NCBI GenBank assembly: GCA_020057295.1 | Contig: JAGVGF010000005.1 | Location: forward strand, 1 to 64,000 | Source: an archaeon | GTDB lineage: Archaea; Nanobdellota; Nanobdellia; Woesearchaeales; UBA9642 | Reading direction: 5' to 3' | DNA: 64,000 nt | Shown: positions 18,549 through 28,184 of the stretch, piece by piece | Layout: each line of letters starts with the position of its first letter | Numbering within the stretch: position 1 is the stretch's first letter | The notes under the pieces: model-generated | What the model saw: the letters and a program-made list of their open reading frames with translations, nothing else | Told to the model about the DNA's origin: nothing | Database searches by the model: none | Translations under genes and position numbers: made by a program

Positions 18549-19973
18549 ATGAAGATTAATCCTGAGCATTATTTTGTTCTTAACGGCGGCAGAATTATTA
18601 AGAATCTTGATGAATTAATCGAAGTTCTAAAGACTATTGACAAAAAGACGTTCGAATATCATGTTAATGATAATAAAAATGATTTTGTTAATTGGATACA
18701 ATATGTTTTTAAGAGCAATAAATTGGCTGCAAGTATAGAAAATTTAAGGTATAAAGATATAAAAGCCATTATAGGATTTATACGTAAACATTTGGATGAA
18801 TTAAAGATTCTAGTGGTTAATGGAGGAAGTTCCTCGTTAAAATTTCAATTAATAGATTTAACTTCGAAGAACGTTCTTATTAAAGGAATGATAGATGCTA
18901 TAAATCTTGATAGAGGCAATATATCTTTAATATTTAATGGTGAAACAATCAGCAGAAACGTTGTTGTAAAGAATCATGATGAAGCAGTAATGTTAATGAT
19001 TAGAAGTTTAATAGATAATAACATAATTAGCGATGTCTCGGAAATAAAAGCTCTAGGACATAGAGTAGTACATGGTGGAGAAACATACACTGAGCCAGTA
19101 ATAATTGATAATATAGTTATAGAAAGATTAAAAGAACTATCTGTACTTGCGCCGTTACACAATCCACCAAACATTTCATGTATTCAAGCATGTCAGAAAA
19201 TTTTTGAGTGTCCACATGTTGCTGTATTTGATACAGCGTTTCATTCAACAATACCTGTTGAAAAATTCTTATACGGTCTACCATACGAATATTATGAAAA
19301 ACACAAGATTAGAAAATATGGTTTTCATGGCTCAAGCCATAAATATATTAGTAAATTAATCTCTGAATATTATAAAATAAAAGGTAAAAAAAACTCTAAA
19401 GTAATAATTTGTCATCTAGGAAACGGATGCAGTATTACAGCAGTTAATAATGGTAAATCATTAAATACAACGATGGGATTCACACCATTAGATGGGCTAA
19501 TAATGGGTACAAGATGCGGACATTTAGATCCTGCAATATCAATACACTTAGGAAATACACTAAATCTTAATTATGAACAACTAGGAAAGATATTAAATAA
19601 ACAATCAGGACTTTTAGGAATTAGCGGATTTAGCGATATGAGAGATTTGCGTAAGAATAAGAACGATCCTAAAGCAAAACTTGCAATGAAAATGTTCGCA
19701 GACCGCGTAACGCATTATATAGGAGCATACATCGCTGAATTAAATGGTGTTGATGGAATAGTTTTTACAGCAGGCATTGGAGAAAATGCAGCATATATAA
19801 GAAAGCTTATACTAGATAACTTTAAATTTTTAGGATTAAAGATAGATAATAGAAGAAATGATAAGAACGAATTTATCATAACTACTAAGGATTCTAAAAT
19901 AACAGTATTTGTTATGCAAACAAACGAAGAATTACAAATTGCAACAGATACAAGAAAAGCTCTTAAATTATAA
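18549..19973 (+). CDS. ackA: Acetate kinase with extra N-terminal ~80 aa domain (DUF5752-like)
   Basis: ILVVNGGSSSLKF, GHRVVHGG, APLHNP, VFDTAFH, YGFHGSSH, HLGNG, MGFTPLDGL and TNEE motifs. Confidence 0.95.
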   Translation: MKINPEHYFVLNGGRIIKNLDELIEVLKTIDKKTFEYHVNDNKNDFVNWIQYVFKSNKLAASIENLRYKDIKAIIGFIRKHLDELKILVVNGGSSSLKFQLIDLTSKNVLIKGMIDAINLDRGNISLIFNGETISRNVVVKNHDEAVMLMIRSLIDNNIISDVSEIKALGHRVVHGGETYTEPVIIDNIVIERLKELSVLAPLHNPPNISCIQACQKIFECPHVAVFDTAFHSTIPVEKFLYGLPYEYYEKHKIRKYGFHGSSHKYISKLISEYYKIKGKKNSKVIICHLGNGCSITAVNNGKSLNTTMGFTPLDGLIMGTRCGHLDPAISIHLGNTLNLNYEQLGKILNKQSGLLGISGFSDMRDLRKNKNDPKAKLAMKMFADRVTHYIGAYIAELNGVDGIVFTAGIGENAAYIRKLILDNFKFLGLKIDNRRNDKNEFIITTKDSKITVFVMQTNEELQIATDTRKALKL

Positions 19974-20003
19974 GAAATACAATTTAATAGAAATTCTTAT
20001 GAA

Positions 20004-20429
20004 TTATTCTCCTAGTCCTGCATAAGATAGTACTTTGTCTTTAAGGTTCTTTTCATCTAAAAACTTTTCAGCCTTAAATATGGCATAATCTATAGCCTCA
20101 TCATAAGGAGCAGAACCTTCCCAAGATTTTCTAATCAAATCCTTATACTTGCTATCTAAGTTTTTCAGAACAACACACGTTAAATATAAATCGTCAAGAT
20201 AACCATATGCGCCGTATACTTCTTCAGGCACAACATCTGACGGACTTACAAAATATGCTAATGCACTATTAATTAGCATTCTAGAATTTTTATCAACTTC
20301 ATCCTTGTCTAATAAAGCACAGAGCAACCCAAAAAAATCAGGTAAATACAACACAGCCTTATCAACATCCTCACCCTTATCTTGTAATTCTTGTATCGAC
20401 TCCTTCAAATAATCATAATAACTCTTCAT
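20004..20429 (-). CDS. DUF1232 (YkvA) family protein
   Basis: ALAYFVSPSDVVPE..GYLDD motif. Confidence 0.85.
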   Translation of the reverse strand: MKSYYDYLKESIQELQDKGEDVDKAVLYLPDFFGLLCALLDKDEVDKNSRMLINSALAYFVSPSDVVPEEVYGAYGYLDDLYLTCVVLKNLDSKYKDLIRKSWEGSAPYDEAIDYAIFKAEKFLDEKNLKDKVLSYAGLGE

Positions 20430-20496
20430 AAGAGAAATATTGGGAGACAAGTTTATAAATTTTAAGAAATATTCATTATAAGGTCAGAATATAAAT

Positions 20497-20925
20497 CTAT
20501 TCAGACAAACCACAATATATCAATAATTTTTCTTTAAGATTTTTTTCTTCTAAGAATTTTTCAGAACTAAATTTACAAAAATCTAGAACTTTATCGAATT
20601 CTTCAGTGTTGTCCCATAACGAAGATATTAAATCATAATATTTTACTCGAAGATTCGACAATATTATACAAGATACATACATATCGTCAATATATCCATA
20701 TGCTCCATAAACTTCCTCGGGAACCATATCATTCGGAATTACAAGATATCCTAAAGCTATATTTGCATGCACCCTTGATTCTTTATCAACTAATTCATTA
20801 TCCAAAAGATCACACAACAATTGGACTAAATCCGGAAAATGCAACAGACTTCTGTCAAAATCTTCCCCCGAATTTCTTAAAATATCTATTTCTTCTCTAA
20901 GATAATCTATATATGTTCTAACCAT
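20497..20925 (-). CDS. DUF1232 (YkvA) family protein, tandem paralogue
   Basis: ALGYLVIPNDMVPE..GYIDD motif; clearly similar to the neighbour. Confidence 0.85.
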   Translation of the reverse strand: MVRTYIDYLREEIDILRNSGEDFDRSLLHFPDLVQLLCDLLDNELVDKESRVHANIALGYLVIPNDMVPEEVYGAYGYIDDMYVSCIILSNLRVKYYDLISSLWDNTEEFDKVLDFCKFSSEKFLEEKNLKEKLLIYCGLSE

Positions 20926-20996
20926 ATGTAACTATTGTAGAGTACTATATTAAAAGTTTTCGATAAAGTTATAAAATTACTTCAATATAGCCCTTT

Positions 20997-22049
20997 ATGA
21001 TTATTAAAAAATCTCCTGAAGACTTTATTGTAGAAGAATTGCCTGTAAAAGAATGGGATGATGCAGGACATTATGCAGTATTTAAACTTATTAAAACCAA
21101 TTTGAACACTGAACGTGCTATAGAGATTATTTCTGGAAAATTTCACGTTTCTCGATCTATAATCAAATATGCTGGATCTAAAGATAGACATGCCATAACA
21201 ACACAATATATTAGTATACCTTCAAAAAATATTGTCGTTAGTAAAATTTGTATGGATGATGAGGATCTTAAACTCTCACATGTAGGATATACTGATGAAC
21301 CATTGAGTTTAGGAAGTTTAAAAGGTAATAGATTCGTAATTACGGCGAGAGAATTGACTCCTAAAGAATCTAGTAACATAAAATCCAAAAATATACGTGA
21401 CACTAACAATGATGAAACGCATATTATACCAAACTATTTTGATGATCAAAGATTTTCCATCAATAATTACAACATAGGACTGAACATTTTGAAGCGTAAT
21501 TATAAAAAAGCGGTAGAGTTTATGTGTGAATCAAGTAGCATTTACAAGGACGCAACAGATATCTATATACTTTCAAACCCTAACGATTACATAGGCGCAT
21601 TAAAACATATCCCTAAAAAGACACTGCTAATGTTAATACATTCAGTACAATCATATATATATAATGAAGCATTAACTAAAATTTTAATAGAATACGCTGA
21701 AAGAAATAGTATTGAATATTATATTGTAGAATATAGTATGGGACGATTAATATTCTATAGAGATATTTCAAACTATGAAAAATGTGGTATTGAGAATTTA
21801 GAATTATTAGGTTTTGACACTAAAACAGTAAATCATTATGTAAATAATATAATTAAAGAATTAGGATTAACACAACGTGATTTTATAGTGAGAGCTATTC
21901 CTGATTTGAGTGTTGAAGGAACAACAAGAGAATGTTTTGTAAATGTAGAAAATCTAGAAATCATATCGATGAATGAAAGAACAATATTAGAGTTCGAACT
22001 TCCAAAAGGATCATATGCAACAATGGTCTTGAAAGCGTTGTTTAATTAA
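20997..22049 (+). CDS. truD: tRNA pseudouridine(13) synthase TruD
   Basis: IKKSPEDFIVEE, YAGSKDRHAITTQ, GNRFVI, PNYFDDQRF and FELPKGSYATM motifs. Confidence 0.93.
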   Translation: MIIKKSPEDFIVEELPVKEWDDAGHYAVFKLIKTNLNTERAIEIISGKFHVSRSIIKYAGSKDRHAITTQYISIPSKNIVVSKICMDDEDLKLSHVGYTDEPLSLGSLKGNRFVITARELTPKESSNIKSKNIRDTNNDETHIIPNYFDDQRFSINNYNIGLNILKRNYKKAVEFMCESSSIYKDATDIYILSNPNDYIGALKHIPKKTLLMLIHSVQSYIYNEALTKILIEYAERNSIEYYIVEYSMGRLIFYRDISNYEKCGIENLELLGFDTKTVNHYVNNIIKELGLTQRDFIVRAIPDLSVEGTTRECFVNVENLEIISMNERTILEFELPKGSYATMVLKALFN

Positions 22050-22069
22050 TTATTAGACCACAAGAAGGG

Positions 22070-24049
22070 TTAGTTAGAATTCGTTGTATATCTGTTCGTG
22101 TGTCTTTCATCCTCTATAAATACATTAATAACGGCATCAATATTTTTTATTTCTTGTATTAATTTATGTATATCTAAAACAGGCGATTTTCTAATATCCA
22201 TAGTTATTATTACTCTCCCATCTTTTCCTAACCTAGTATTTACTGATTCTACATTATGTTTTTCATTGGCAATATAATTTAGTAATTCAGCCAGTATTCC
22301 TACTCTATCTTTAACATCTACTCTCAAAGGGTATATTTGACTTTCAACATGCTGTAATAATAGTTTTACTTCTTTAGTCATATCGCATGTGTAAACATTT
22401 GGACAATCTACCCTATGCACTACAATTTTACCATCTTTAGTCTTAAATGCTCTCGTTTTTTCTGATTGTCTTGGTGTACAACATTTTGGTATCTTCAAAT
22501 CATACTTTTTACCTTCTACAGTTATCTCTTCTGGGAAGTCTGAATCATCATCTAATAATTCTACAGGATCCCTCTTTTTCTGTTTAGTGTCTACATCAAT
22601 ATTTAGTGCAGCTCTTATTTTTGTTCTAGTATGCGCAGATTTTGCAAATGATAGCCATGATCTTGATGGTGCAGCATTCTTCTGTGTTAATATATCTACA
22701 ACATCTCCTGAAGACAGAGTATAATCTAAAGTAACTACAACTCCATTAACTTTTGCTTGTTTACAATGATTACCTATATCAGTATGTACAGCATATGCAA
22801 AATCAACAGGTGTAGCCTCTTCTGGCAAAGCAATAGGATCACCGTTAGGTGTGAATACAAATATCTCTTTCTCAAAAAGATCTATCTTCAAATTTTCTAT
22901 GAATTCTTGCGCGTTAGCACTATAACGTTGCCAATCCATTATTTGTTTCATTAACGCAATATGTCTATCAAATTTCTTATCTTTATCATCTCCTTTATAT
23001 CTCCAGTGTGCCGCAACACCTTCTTCAGCAGCCATATGCATATCTTTAGTTCTAATTTGTACTTCTAATATACTTCCGTGACTAACAAACACACCTGTAT
23101 GTAATGATTGATAACCATTAGCTTTAGGAACTGCAACATAATCTTTTAATCTTCCAGGCATTGGTTTCCATAAACTATGTATTATCCCTAAAACTTTGTA
23201 GCAATCATCCACACTATCTACTATTATTCTTATAGCCATTAAATCATATATTTCATCAAATTGTTTATCTTCGCTAATAATTTTTTTATAAATGCTATAG
23301 AAATGTTTTGCTCGTCCTGATATTTGTGCTTTTATATCATGTTTAATTAATGAATCATTTACTAATTCCATTATCTTATCGACTTCTCCTTCACGCTGTT
23401 CACGAGTCTTAGCAACCTTATCTTTTAGTTCTACATATTGAGTATTTTCCAAGAATCTGAATGATAAATCTTCTAATTCACCCTTAATATTATTCATTCC
23501 TAGTTTGTGTGCTATAGGTGCGTATATGGTCATTGTTTCCGTGGCGACAATCTTTCTCATATCTTCTGGAAGATATTTTAGTGTACGCATACTGGCTAAT
23601 CTTTCAACAATTTTAATAATTATTACTCTAATATCTTTAGAACTTGCTAGCATTATCTTACGTGTGTTTTCTGCTCTACGTTCTTCTTCTGCTTCCGGAT
23701 TAAAATTCTTATTAACATTTCGTAACCTAGATAATGCTTCTATTAATGTCAATACTTCCTTATCAAACTCTTTTTCTATAACTTCAGGCTTAATATTTGA
23801 TTCTTCTAGAATAGCATGTAACAACCCTACTACCAGAGTGTGAGATCCTACTTTAAGATCTGCTAGCATCATAGCTACATCATATGAGTATGTGAAAAAA
23901 TCTTCATCCGATAATCGTTTTTTGTCATGCAAATGTTGATATGAAAATCTTACAGCTTTTTCTATTAACGGAATGTCGGCGTTAGGATTATATAATCTAA
24001 CCTTATTCACTAATTCTTCAATTTTTTGTTGTAAATCTATAGTTGTCAT
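22070..24049 (-). CDS. relA: Long RelA/SpoT homologue: (p)ppGpp synthetase with degenerate HD domain, TGS, ZFD and ACT domains
   Basis: GRAKHFYSIYKK, IYDLMAIRII, KDYVAVPKANGYQSLHT, EVQIRT; TGS FVFTPNG..DFAYAVHT; KCC..HRVDC; ACT DRVGIL. Confidence 0.92.
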   Translation of the reverse strand: MTTIDLQQKIEELVNKVRLYNPNADIPLIEKAVRFSYQHLHDKKRLSDEDFFTYSYDVAMMLADLKVGSHTLVVGLLHAILEESNIKPEVIEKEFDKEVLTLIEALSRLRNVNKNFNPEAEEERRAENTRKIMLASSKDIRVIIIKIVERLASMRTLKYLPEDMRKIVATETMTIYAPIAHKLGMNNIKGELEDLSFRFLENTQYVELKDKVAKTREQREGEVDKIMELVNDSLIKHDIKAQISGRAKHFYSIYKKIISEDKQFDEIYDLMAIRIIVDSVDDCYKVLGIIHSLWKPMPGRLKDYVAVPKANGYQSLHTGVFVSHGSILEVQIRTKDMHMAAEEGVAAHWRYKGDDKDKKFDRHIALMKQIMDWQRYSANAQEFIENLKIDLFEKEIFVFTPNGDPIALPEEATPVDFAYAVHTDIGNHCKQAKVNGVVVTLDYTLSSGDVVDILTQKNAAPSRSWLSFAKSAHTRTKIRAALNIDVDTKQKKRDPVELLDDDSDFPEEITVEGKKYDLKIPKCCTPRQSEKTRAFKTKDGKIVVHRVDCPNVYTCDMTKEVKLLLQHVESQIYPLRVDVKDRVGILAELLNYIANEKHNVESVNTRLGKDGRVIITMDIRKSPVLDIHKLIQEIKNIDAVINVFIEDERHTNRYTTNSN

Positions 24050-24091
24050 GTTTAGTGTATTATGTCCTATAATACCACTAGGAGTGGTGGT

Positions 24092-24730
24092 TTACTTATA
24101 AATATTCTTTAGAATCTTTACTATTTCGTTATTTACTAATTTTATTGGTCTTGCACCGTTTATAGTGTATAAGATTTTTTGTTTCTTATATTCTTTCTTT
24201 AACGGTTCTGTCTGTGTATGATATATCTTTAATCTGCGTTTAATTTCAAGAGGTTTATCATCCTCTCTATGTATTAATTTTGCATGATCAATATCACAAT
24301 ATCTTGAGATTTTTGGTTTTAACCATATAGTATTATAATTATGCCCACACTTCGGACAAACTCTTCTGCTAGCAATCCTTCTTACGGATTCTTTTTCAGA
24401 TAAAATTATTTCTATAGTTGCACCTATTTTAAAATTATTTTTTAGAAATATCCATTGTTCCATGCTTCTGGGATAACCATCGAATATTATGCCGTTCTTG
24501 CATTCTTTGCGTTTAGATATCTTTAAAGAAATGTTGTTTGTTATTTTGCTTGGAACTAAATCTCCTCTATTCACTATCTTCGAGATTTTCTTGCCTAAAG
24601 GTGTGCCTTTCTTTATTTCTTTACGTAATTCATCACCCATAGATAAATGATAGAGTTTATATTTTTCTACAAGCAAGTCTGCTTGCGTTCCCTTTCCAGA
24701 TCCTTGCGGACCAAATAAAATTATATTCAT
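24092..24730 (-). CDS. adk: Adenylate kinase (bacterial-type, zinc-lid)
   Basis: GPQGSGKGTQ, LSMGDELR, DGYPR, lid RRVCPKC..CDID, REDD. Confidence 0.93.
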   Translation of the reverse strand: MNIILFGPQGSGKGTQADLLVEKYKLYHLSMGDELRKEIKKGTPLGKKISKIVNRGDLVPSKITNNISLKISKRKECKNGIIFDGYPRSMEQWIFLKNNFKIGATIEIILSEKESVRRIASRRVCPKCGHNYNTIWLKPKISRYCDIDHAKLIHREDDKPLEIKRRLKIYHTQTEPLKKEYKKQKILYTINGARPIKLVNNEIVKILKNIYK

Positions 24731-24776
24731 AAAAACTCACCAATTAATGTTGTAAATAGCGTATAAAACAGTTGAT

Positions 24777-25232
24777 TTACCCGAAATATCTCTGATTATC
24801 TTTCTTTATATCTCTTTTCCATGATCCTTGCATCTTATCTGCTATTGCAAGCATCTGTGGTTTCACAGATCGTATTTCTTCATGAACTAATTGTATTGTT
24901 GATAAGGTGTTTTTTTCTTCATTTATTATTTCTGCCTTTAATACTTCTCTGTAAACAATAATTACGCTCTTATATAAATCAAATAATTTAATTTTATCCT
25001 TATCATCAAATACCGAGCATTCATGTAATGCATGAAATTCTTCTGGCTGTAATATCTGTTGTATCATCTTTAAGTATAGTTCTAATGTTTCTGACATTTT
25101 ACGTAAAATACTGTTTATTGTAAGATGTTCTTCTACTAACTCGTAATCTTTTTTTAGAGTATTAAAATTTTTTATCTTAGTAGTTATTGAGGCATCTGTA
25201 TTCTTTGTTTTCTTGTCTTTTATAGGTTTCAT
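24777..25232 (-). CDS. Hypothetical helical protein
   Basis: 151 aa ORF co-oriented upstream of adk, TATA-like TTTAAAAA upstream. Confidence 0.7.
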   Translation of the reverse strand: MKPIKDKKTKNTDASITTKIKNFNTLKKDYELVEEHLTINSILRKMSETLELYLKMIQQILQPEEFHALHECSVFDDKDKIKLFDLYKSVIIVYREVLKAEIINEEKNTLSTIQLVHEEIRSVKPQMLAIADKMQGSWKRDIKKDNQRYFG

Positions 25233-25356
25233 GACATATTCATTCTACGAGTATTTTTAAAGTTGACGAAAGATAGATATACAATATATAGACTAATTTG
25301 GACATAACATTTTTAAACTTATTTCTACAAACACAGTATAATTATAGCAGGTGATT

Positions 25357-26517
25357 ATGTTGAGAACCATTAAAGACATGAATTTTGATAATAAGAGAGT
25401 ATTAATTAGAGTTGATTATGATATTCCATTAGATGAAAAAGGAGACATAGTTTCAGATACACGAATAAGAGAATCTCTTCCAACAATCAAATATATATTA
25501 GAACATAACTGTAAGCAAGTAGTATTAATTAGTCACATAGGTAGACCTGCAGGTAAAATTGTTGAAAAATTGAAGATGGATAAGGTGGCATTAAAATTAG
25601 AAAAACTTTTAGGAACAATTGTTGTCAAACTCGATGATTGTATTGATATAAAAATACCTGATGCTAAAGTAGTTTTACTAGAAAATCTTAGATTTCATGA
25701 AGAAGAAGAAAAAAATGATGAAGCGTTCGCTAAAAGATTATCAGTAAATGGAGATGTTTTCGTTAATGAAAGTTTTGCAACAACACATAGAGCACACGCA
25801 TCTACTGTAGGTATCACTAAATTTTTACCAGCATGTATAGGATTTACACTTGAAAAAGAATTAAGATATCTAGATCTATCCAATGCTGAAAGACCGTTCA
25901 TTGCAATACTTGGTGGTGCAAAGATTTCAACAAAATTCGGTGTGATTAAGGAGTTGTTGAAGAAGGTAGATTATTTGCTTCTTGGTGGGGCTATGATATT
26001 TACATTATACAAAGCTAAGGGATATAACATTGGTAAAAGCTTATATGAAGAACAATTCTTAGCTGAAGCTAAAATGTTGCTTAATAATGAGAAGATAATT
26101 CTTCCGGATGACATTGTTGTTGCTAAAGAGATATCTGTAGATGCAGAAACAATGGTTGTTCCAGATTTTGATATGCCTGAAGGATGGATTGGCTTAGATA
26201 TAGGTCATGAATCTGTACAATTATTTAAGGATTATATTAATAAATCTAAAACAATCTTTTGGAATGGTCCCTTAGGATATTTTGAGATATCAAAATTTGC
26301 AGAAAGCACAAATAATATTGCAGAATATCTAGCAAATTCAGGAAAAACAGTCATAGTTGGCGGCGGAGATACTGAAGATGCAATCCAGCCATGGAAAGAA
26401 AAGTTCACACACGTTTCTACAGGTGGCGGTGCAAGTCTTGAATTGATCTCAGGAAAAGAATTGCCAGCTGTTCGCGCATTAAAAGAGAATGAAATAGAAT
26501 TTCACGATGTAGTATAG
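25357..26517 (+). CDS. pgk: Phosphoglycerate kinase
   Basis: LIRVDY, SHIGRP, LLENLRF, HRAHAS, GGAK, WNGPLG and STGGGASLE motifs. Confidence 0.96.
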   Translation: MLRTIKDMNFDNKRVLIRVDYDIPLDEKGDIVSDTRIRESLPTIKYILEHNCKQVVLISHIGRPAGKIVEKLKMDKVALKLEKLLGTIVVKLDDCIDIKIPDAKVVLLENLRFHEEEEKNDEAFAKRLSVNGDVFVNESFATTHRAHASTVGITKFLPACIGFTLEKELRYLDLSNAERPFIAILGGAKISTKFGVIKELLKKVDYLLLGGAMIFTLYKAKGYNIGKSLYEEQFLAEAKMLLNNEKIILPDDIVVAKEISVDAETMVVPDFDMPEGWIGLDIGHESVQLFKDYINKSKTIFWNGPLGYFEISKFAESTNNIAEYLANSGKTVIVGGGDTEDAIQPWKEKFTHVSTGGGASLELISGKELPAVRALKENEIEFHDVV

Positions 26518-26553
26518 TTATATAATATTATAAGAAATAATTTAAAAAATTAT

Positions 26554-27183
26554 CTAAAAATTTCTGTTTCCATCTATAACATGATGTTGCTTAAGATATT
26601 TTCCTTGTGAAGCCAATCTAGGTCCAAACTGTTTAGGTCTAGCTTTGCTTGAAGCAGCATATTTATTATATTCTATTCTTAATAATTTGTTATCTACAAA
26701 ATGTCTCTTCACAGCATGATTAAGTAAGGTGTAAAGACCTACACGTAACGCAGAATCCTCCGGTGTTTGAATAAGATATAAATAATCACACAACACTCTT
26801 GGTGCATCATCTTCTGAGTGTTCTGTAACCATACGATATGGATCAGGAGCGATTTTAACAGAATTACATGCACGTTTATAGAATAATAATGCACCATTTA
26901 ATGATCTTTCTAACAATCCTTTATCATAATGAGTAGGATGACTAAACCTTGATAATACTGCGCGAATACTTTGTATAGTTACAGGATTTTGAGCAGATGC
27001 ATACTTTAATTCCTCTAGTTTAGAAGATAATAACATTAAAGTGTCAGAAGTAATATTTGACGTTATAGAAGGGCGTAGTGATTCTGTTTCTATTATACGT
27101 ATTCTATCAGTTAATTTTAACTGTTTAACACTCATGTGTAATCTCTCGTAGTATCTCTCTAAGTATCTAAATCGATACTTCAA
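26554..27183 (-). CDS. Hypothetical protein
   Basis: 209 aa ORF filling the gap; no motif recognised; start uncertain. Confidence 0.55.
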   Translation of the reverse strand: MKYRFRYLERYYERLHMSVKQLKLTDRIRIIETESLRPSITSNITSDTLMLLSSKLEELKYASAQNPVTIQSIRAVLSRFSHPTHYDKGLLERSLNGALLFYKRACNSVKIAPDPYRMVTEHSEDDAPRVLCDYLYLIQTPEDSALRVGLYTLLNHAVKRHFVDNKLLRIEYNKYAASSKARPKQFGPRLASQGKYLKQHHVIDGNRNF

Positions 27184-27263
27184 CGTAAGGAGTTATTTAA
27201 AAATGTTTCTACTTCAGAATTAATAATATTCCCTAAAATAAACAATTTATAAACCGAATTTAA

Positions 27264-27566
27264 CTATTTCTTCTCTAGATTTAACTTGATATTCAATCCG
27301 TCCTTAGAATACAAGCTCAGAACTACATTATCTGTTAATTGTGCTGACCAACTTAAGTTAGATACAACGTTTATTGGAGGAGCAAATGTGCCTGTTTCTG
27401 CCCCGAACATTCCGACTGTATGAACAAAAAGTAGTCCATTTCCATAAGTAATCTTGAAATTTGAATCTTTGAACAGAATAATATTATGTTCTACTTTTTT
27501 AGGTTCTATAGTAGTTAGTATATTTACAGATTTTATTCCGTCAGTTAAACTATATATTAAATCCAT
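27264..27566 (-). CDS. Hypothetical protein
   Basis: 100 aa ORF with GGTGA SD upstream. Confidence 0.6.
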   Translation of the reverse strand: MDLIYSLTDGIKSVNILTTIEPKKVEHNIILFKDSNFKITYGNGLLFVHTVGMFGAETGTFAPPINVVSNLSWSAQLTDNVVLSLYSKDGLNIKLNLEKK

Positions 27567-27630
27567 AGTATCACCAATGAAATCTTATCGCACACTAATT
27601 GTATTATATAAATATATTATATCTTATTAA

Positions 27631-28128
27631 TTAAGTATGTAATTTTCCTTTTTCTTTATTCTTTCCCCTTTCGTCTATTCTGAGGTATTTTCCTTTATCT
27701 AGAATGTGTTTTATTATAAGTGTATCTTCCTGTTTAAACAGACCATATCCTAAGTTTTCATCATGCTCGTTTTGAACTAAAACCAATCCATTAGATAAAT
27801 TATTAGGATTCTTAACTATTGATTCAGGAAGAATATTACGTCCACACAAAAATAACCATTCGGATTTTTTGTTGATAAATATCTTTTTAGACTGTGTGTC
27901 TGGAAATTTTGATATCATATCTATCAGTAAAGGGCTTGGACTAAATCCTTGTTTTTCCTCGCCCAAATATGCTCCTACAGCGAATATATCTCTATTTATT
28001 CTGTTCTTTATATCCCATAAATTTTGTTCAGCTTTATAGAAGTTTCTACCGACTCTTCGCACATCAGCTATATCTTCTGATGTAAATTGTCCTATGAATT
28101 TTTTGAATAATACTAAGTCAGAACTCAT
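27631..28128 (-). CDS. nip7: NIP7-like ribosome biogenesis protein (PUA domain)
   Basis: GAYLG, EWLFLCGRNI, VLVQNEHDENLGYG and DKGKYLR match the NIP7 pattern. Confidence 0.75.
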   Translation of the reverse strand: MSSDLVLFKKFIGQFTSEDIADVRRVGRNFYKAEQNLWDIKNRINRDIFAVGAYLGEEKQGFSPSPLLIDMISKFPDTQSKKIFINKKSEWLFLCGRNILPESIVKNPNNLSNGLVLVQNEHDENLGYGLFKQEDTLIIKHILDKGKYLRIDERGKNKEKGKLHT

Positions 28129-28184
28129 GTTATTAGAAAACCTCTATCGATTATAAATCTATTTCTTTTAAATCACTTTTTTAC

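Noticed and set aside
24074-24088. Small hairpin ACCACT-AGG-AGTGGT between adk and the RSH gene
   Set aside because: Only 6 bp with no U-tract; too weak to call a terminator or regulator
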